A stretch of 63,988 bases of DNA, the filler included, from Octopus bimaculoides (Eukaryota): assembly GCF_001194135.2 (NCBI RefSeq). It is 6 parts of 6 records of this genome, joined end to end, with 100 filler letters (N's around TTAATTAATTAA, not from the genome) between each part and the next. Parts side by side here need not be neighbours in the genome. Positions count along the whole stretch, not along the records: positions 61,481 to 62,846 come from NC_069002.1; positions 62,947 to 63,988 come from NW_026350556.1; 4 more parts are not named here. One strand, 5' to 3'. The position numbers were made by a program, and so were the translations under genes. The notes beneath the pieces are model-generated. The model searched no databases and was not told the origin of the DNA. It saw only the letters and a list, made by a program, of their open reading frames with translations. Below, piece by piece: positions 61,481-63,988 of the stretch; positions within the stretch are counted from its first letter, which is position 1, and each line of letters opens with the position of its first letter.

Positions 61481-61828
61481 GGTTGGCTTTCGTCTAGTTC
61501 TCTTATTTCATTGGCTTTATCTAGTGTTATATTGCTACTTTTAACTAATTTTCCTCTTTTCAGGGTTGCTTTGGCACATTTTTCTAATCCGAATTTCATT
61601 TCTATTTCCTTGGTAAAGCCGTGTACTGCCTGTAGTAGTGTTTCTAGCTCTTTGTCGTTTTTTGCATATAATTTTAGGTCATCCATATATAGAAGGTGGC
61701 TGACTGTTTTTCCATAGCATTTGTAACCGCATCCAGTTCTATTTAGCAATTCTGTTAAAGGTGTGAGTGCCAGGCAGAACAGGAGTGGAGAGAGCGTGTC
61801 TCCCTGGAATATTCCTCTTCTAATGGGG
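61481..61828 (-). mobile_element. R4/Dong-like LINE reverse transcriptase fragment, open frame
   Basis: PIRRGIFQGDTLSPLLFCLALTPLTELLNRTGCGY...VSHLLYMDDLKLYAKN...KFGLEKCA; begins directly after (TAA)n. Confidence 0.92.
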
Positions 61829-61949
61829 TATTATTATTATTATTATTATTCGACATTTGATGGTTTCAGGTAAATTTCTACTGCATCACTTTCTAAACAT
61901 TCCTGTTGCTGAGGTGTGTGTGTTCGTTTTTATTATTATTTTCATATAT

Positions 61950-62255
61950 ACACAACAGATTAGACTGTTGGAAAAACAAAAAATCCTAACATCGGGCTAC
62001 AACAAGTAACCTTAGATGCCAAGAACCCTCCTAAGTATCCTAGCTGTCCCTAATAACACTGTTTTCTGGAGCTGTACTAAAATGGGTTTTATGCCTATTT
62101 CCTCTATCCACCTGTTCAGCTCTTTAGGGATAATTCCCAATACACCTATAACTACTGGGATACATTTTACCCGAACTTTCCATAGTCCCAGTAATTCATT
62201 GACAAGGTCCTGGTACTTTGCTATTTTTTCTATACCTCTCATATTGATTTTTTCC
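61950..62255 (-). mobile_element. R4/Dong-like LINE 3' end (RLE C-terminus and 3' UTR)
   Basis: EKIAKYQDLVNELLGLW...IPVVIGVLG...LQKTVLLGTARILRRVLGI* (stop 62012), short UTR ending in AATAATAATAA; 5' end abuts (TAA)n. Confidence 0.9.
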
Positions 62256-62313
<58 letters not shown>

Positions 62314-62846
62314 CAAGCAGCTATATTTGAAATCTGCAATTTTGATCTTCGGAAACCAATGAATCGACTGTCGCCATAATTACTCAACAATTTTTAAGCA
62401 GATATATAATTTTCTTTTGCTTTCTTTTATTTTCGTTTCTATTTATTTTAATATCTAAAATCGACCTACTCCTTTCGGTGAAAGGGAATTCATAATAGAA
62501 TTAAACGAAACCTTTTATCTCTGACATAGCAATTACTTTTGTACGCTTTCATCATATTTACCATTTAATTTGCTGAAATTACTGCAGAGTAAACTGTGCG
62601 ATTTGACTGGCATTGTCAATAAATATACAAGGAAAAAAAAGTCCATTGTCTTCCTAATGACTAATACTAGCTCCATCCTGCCAGCAAGCTGATTCTTTTG
62701 TGGCTTTCCATTATTAATAATAAAAATGGTAATAATAATAATTATTATTATTATTATTATTATCATCATTATTATTCGGTGAACTAAACAAAACGTTGTA
62801 GTTGGATGGAAATTTCCATTTAGTCCTGACGTAAGAACTTGTCGCA

Positions 62847-62946
62847 NNNNNNNNNNNNNNNNNNNNNNNNNNNNNNNNNNNNNNNNNNNNTTAATTAATT
62901 AANNNNNNNNNNNNNNNNNNNNNNNNNNNNNNNNNNNNNNNNNNNN
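62847..62946. other. Artificial scaffold-joining spacer
   Basis: N44-TTAATTAATTAA(62891-62902)-N44. Confidence 0.95.
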
Positions 62947-63740
62947 GAAAGAAAGAGTGATAGATGAAAGAGAAGGAAAAGAAAAAGGAAGAAGAAGAAA
63001 AATTAGCAGAAGATAAAGAAAGAATTGAGTGTAGAAGAGTGAAGAAGAAGTAAGAGAGTGATAGGAGAAGAGTTATGGTGAGTGATGATGAGTGATGATG
63101 TAATTGAAGAAGAGTGAAAAGGGAGTTAAGAATGAGTGAAGTGTGAAGAATGACTGTTGGTGATTGAAGAAGACTGATGAAAAAGAAAGTGGAGATTTAA
63201 GATGATTGTTGAAGATGAGTGAAGAGAGATGGTGAATGAAGAAATGAAGGAAAAAAAGACAGCAGTTGAAGAAAAGAAAGAAGAGGGGGAGGAGGGGAGA
63301 AGGAAAAAGAAGAAGGAGGAGGAGGAGGAAGAAGAAGAAGAAGTGGAGGAGAAAGAAGAAGAAGAGGAGAAAGAAGAAGAAGAGGAGAAAGAAGAAGAAG
63401 AGGAGAAAGAAGAAGAAGAAGAAGAGGAGAAAGAAGAAGAAGAGGAGAAAGAAGAAGAAGAAGAGGAGAAAGAAGAAGAAGAAGAGGAGAAAGAAGAAGA
63501 AGAAGAGGAGAAAGAAGAAGAAGAGGAGAAAGAAGAAGAAGAGGAGAAAGAAGAAGAGGAGAAAGAAGAAGAAGAAGAGGAGGAGAAAGAAGAAGAAGAA
63601 GAGGAGGAGAAAGAAGAAGAACAAAGAATGAAGTTGAATGAAAATGAAGAAAAAGAGAAATAGAAGAGAGAAAAAGAGGAAGATGAGAAGGAATGACGAA
63701 GAAGAAGAAGGAGAAAATGAAGAAAAAACTGAAGAAGCAG
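62947..63740. repeat. (GAA/GAG)n purine-rich low-complexity tract
   Basis: Directly visible. Confidence 0.95.
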
Positions 63741-63946
63741 ACGACCACACATTTACACACACGTGCATCATCTGAGTATGTCTGCCATTTTCCCTTCCTA
63801 GTTCTTCTAGTTCCTTCTTTTGTACTCCGTTGCCACAACCATACCTACACCAGCACCACCACCACCACCTCCACCACCACTGCTTGTTCCAACATGACAT
63901 CCACATCACGCCACTGCCACCATCAATGATATAAGCATTTACCATT

Positions 63947-63947
63947 G

Positions 63948-63988
<41 letters not shown>
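63947..63988. repeat. (CTA)n microsatellite
   Basis: Directly visible. Confidence 0.98.

Noticed and set aside
63073-63945. Long poly-F/L, poly-E and poly-K/R ORFs
   Set aside because: (GAA/GAG)n repeat, open in many frames on both strands

Overview
Eukaryotic, AT-rich, microsatellite-saturated draft-assembly DNA. The repeat families and microsatellite profile point to a cephalopod, most likely Octopus (inference from recall, no search run). Five 100-nt spacers (N44-TTAATTAATTAA-N44) split the window into six segments whose adjacency is unproven. Nearly all ORFs in the supplied track are microsatellite or gap artefacts. Supportable content: many tRNA-derived SINE copies from about four families; decayed LINE fragments (RTE, CR1/L2, L1/Tx1, R4/Dong-like with a restriction-like endonuclease); three foldback/MITE elements; Penelope-like terminal repeats; and a short interstitial (TTAGGG)5. 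No host gene could be identified by name; several splice-signal-bounded minus-strand exon candidates are given at low confidence. The most notable signals are RNA-level: a near-canonical minimal type I hammerhead ribozyme (28773-28815, minus) inside a direct-plus-inverted-repeat element, a second degenerate hammerhead (58581-58622), and hammerhead-like motifs in repeated units downstream of an RLE-type LINE end. Segment 1 shows CpG decay of repeats that the later segments largely lack. Repeat boundaries are read by eye and are approximate.
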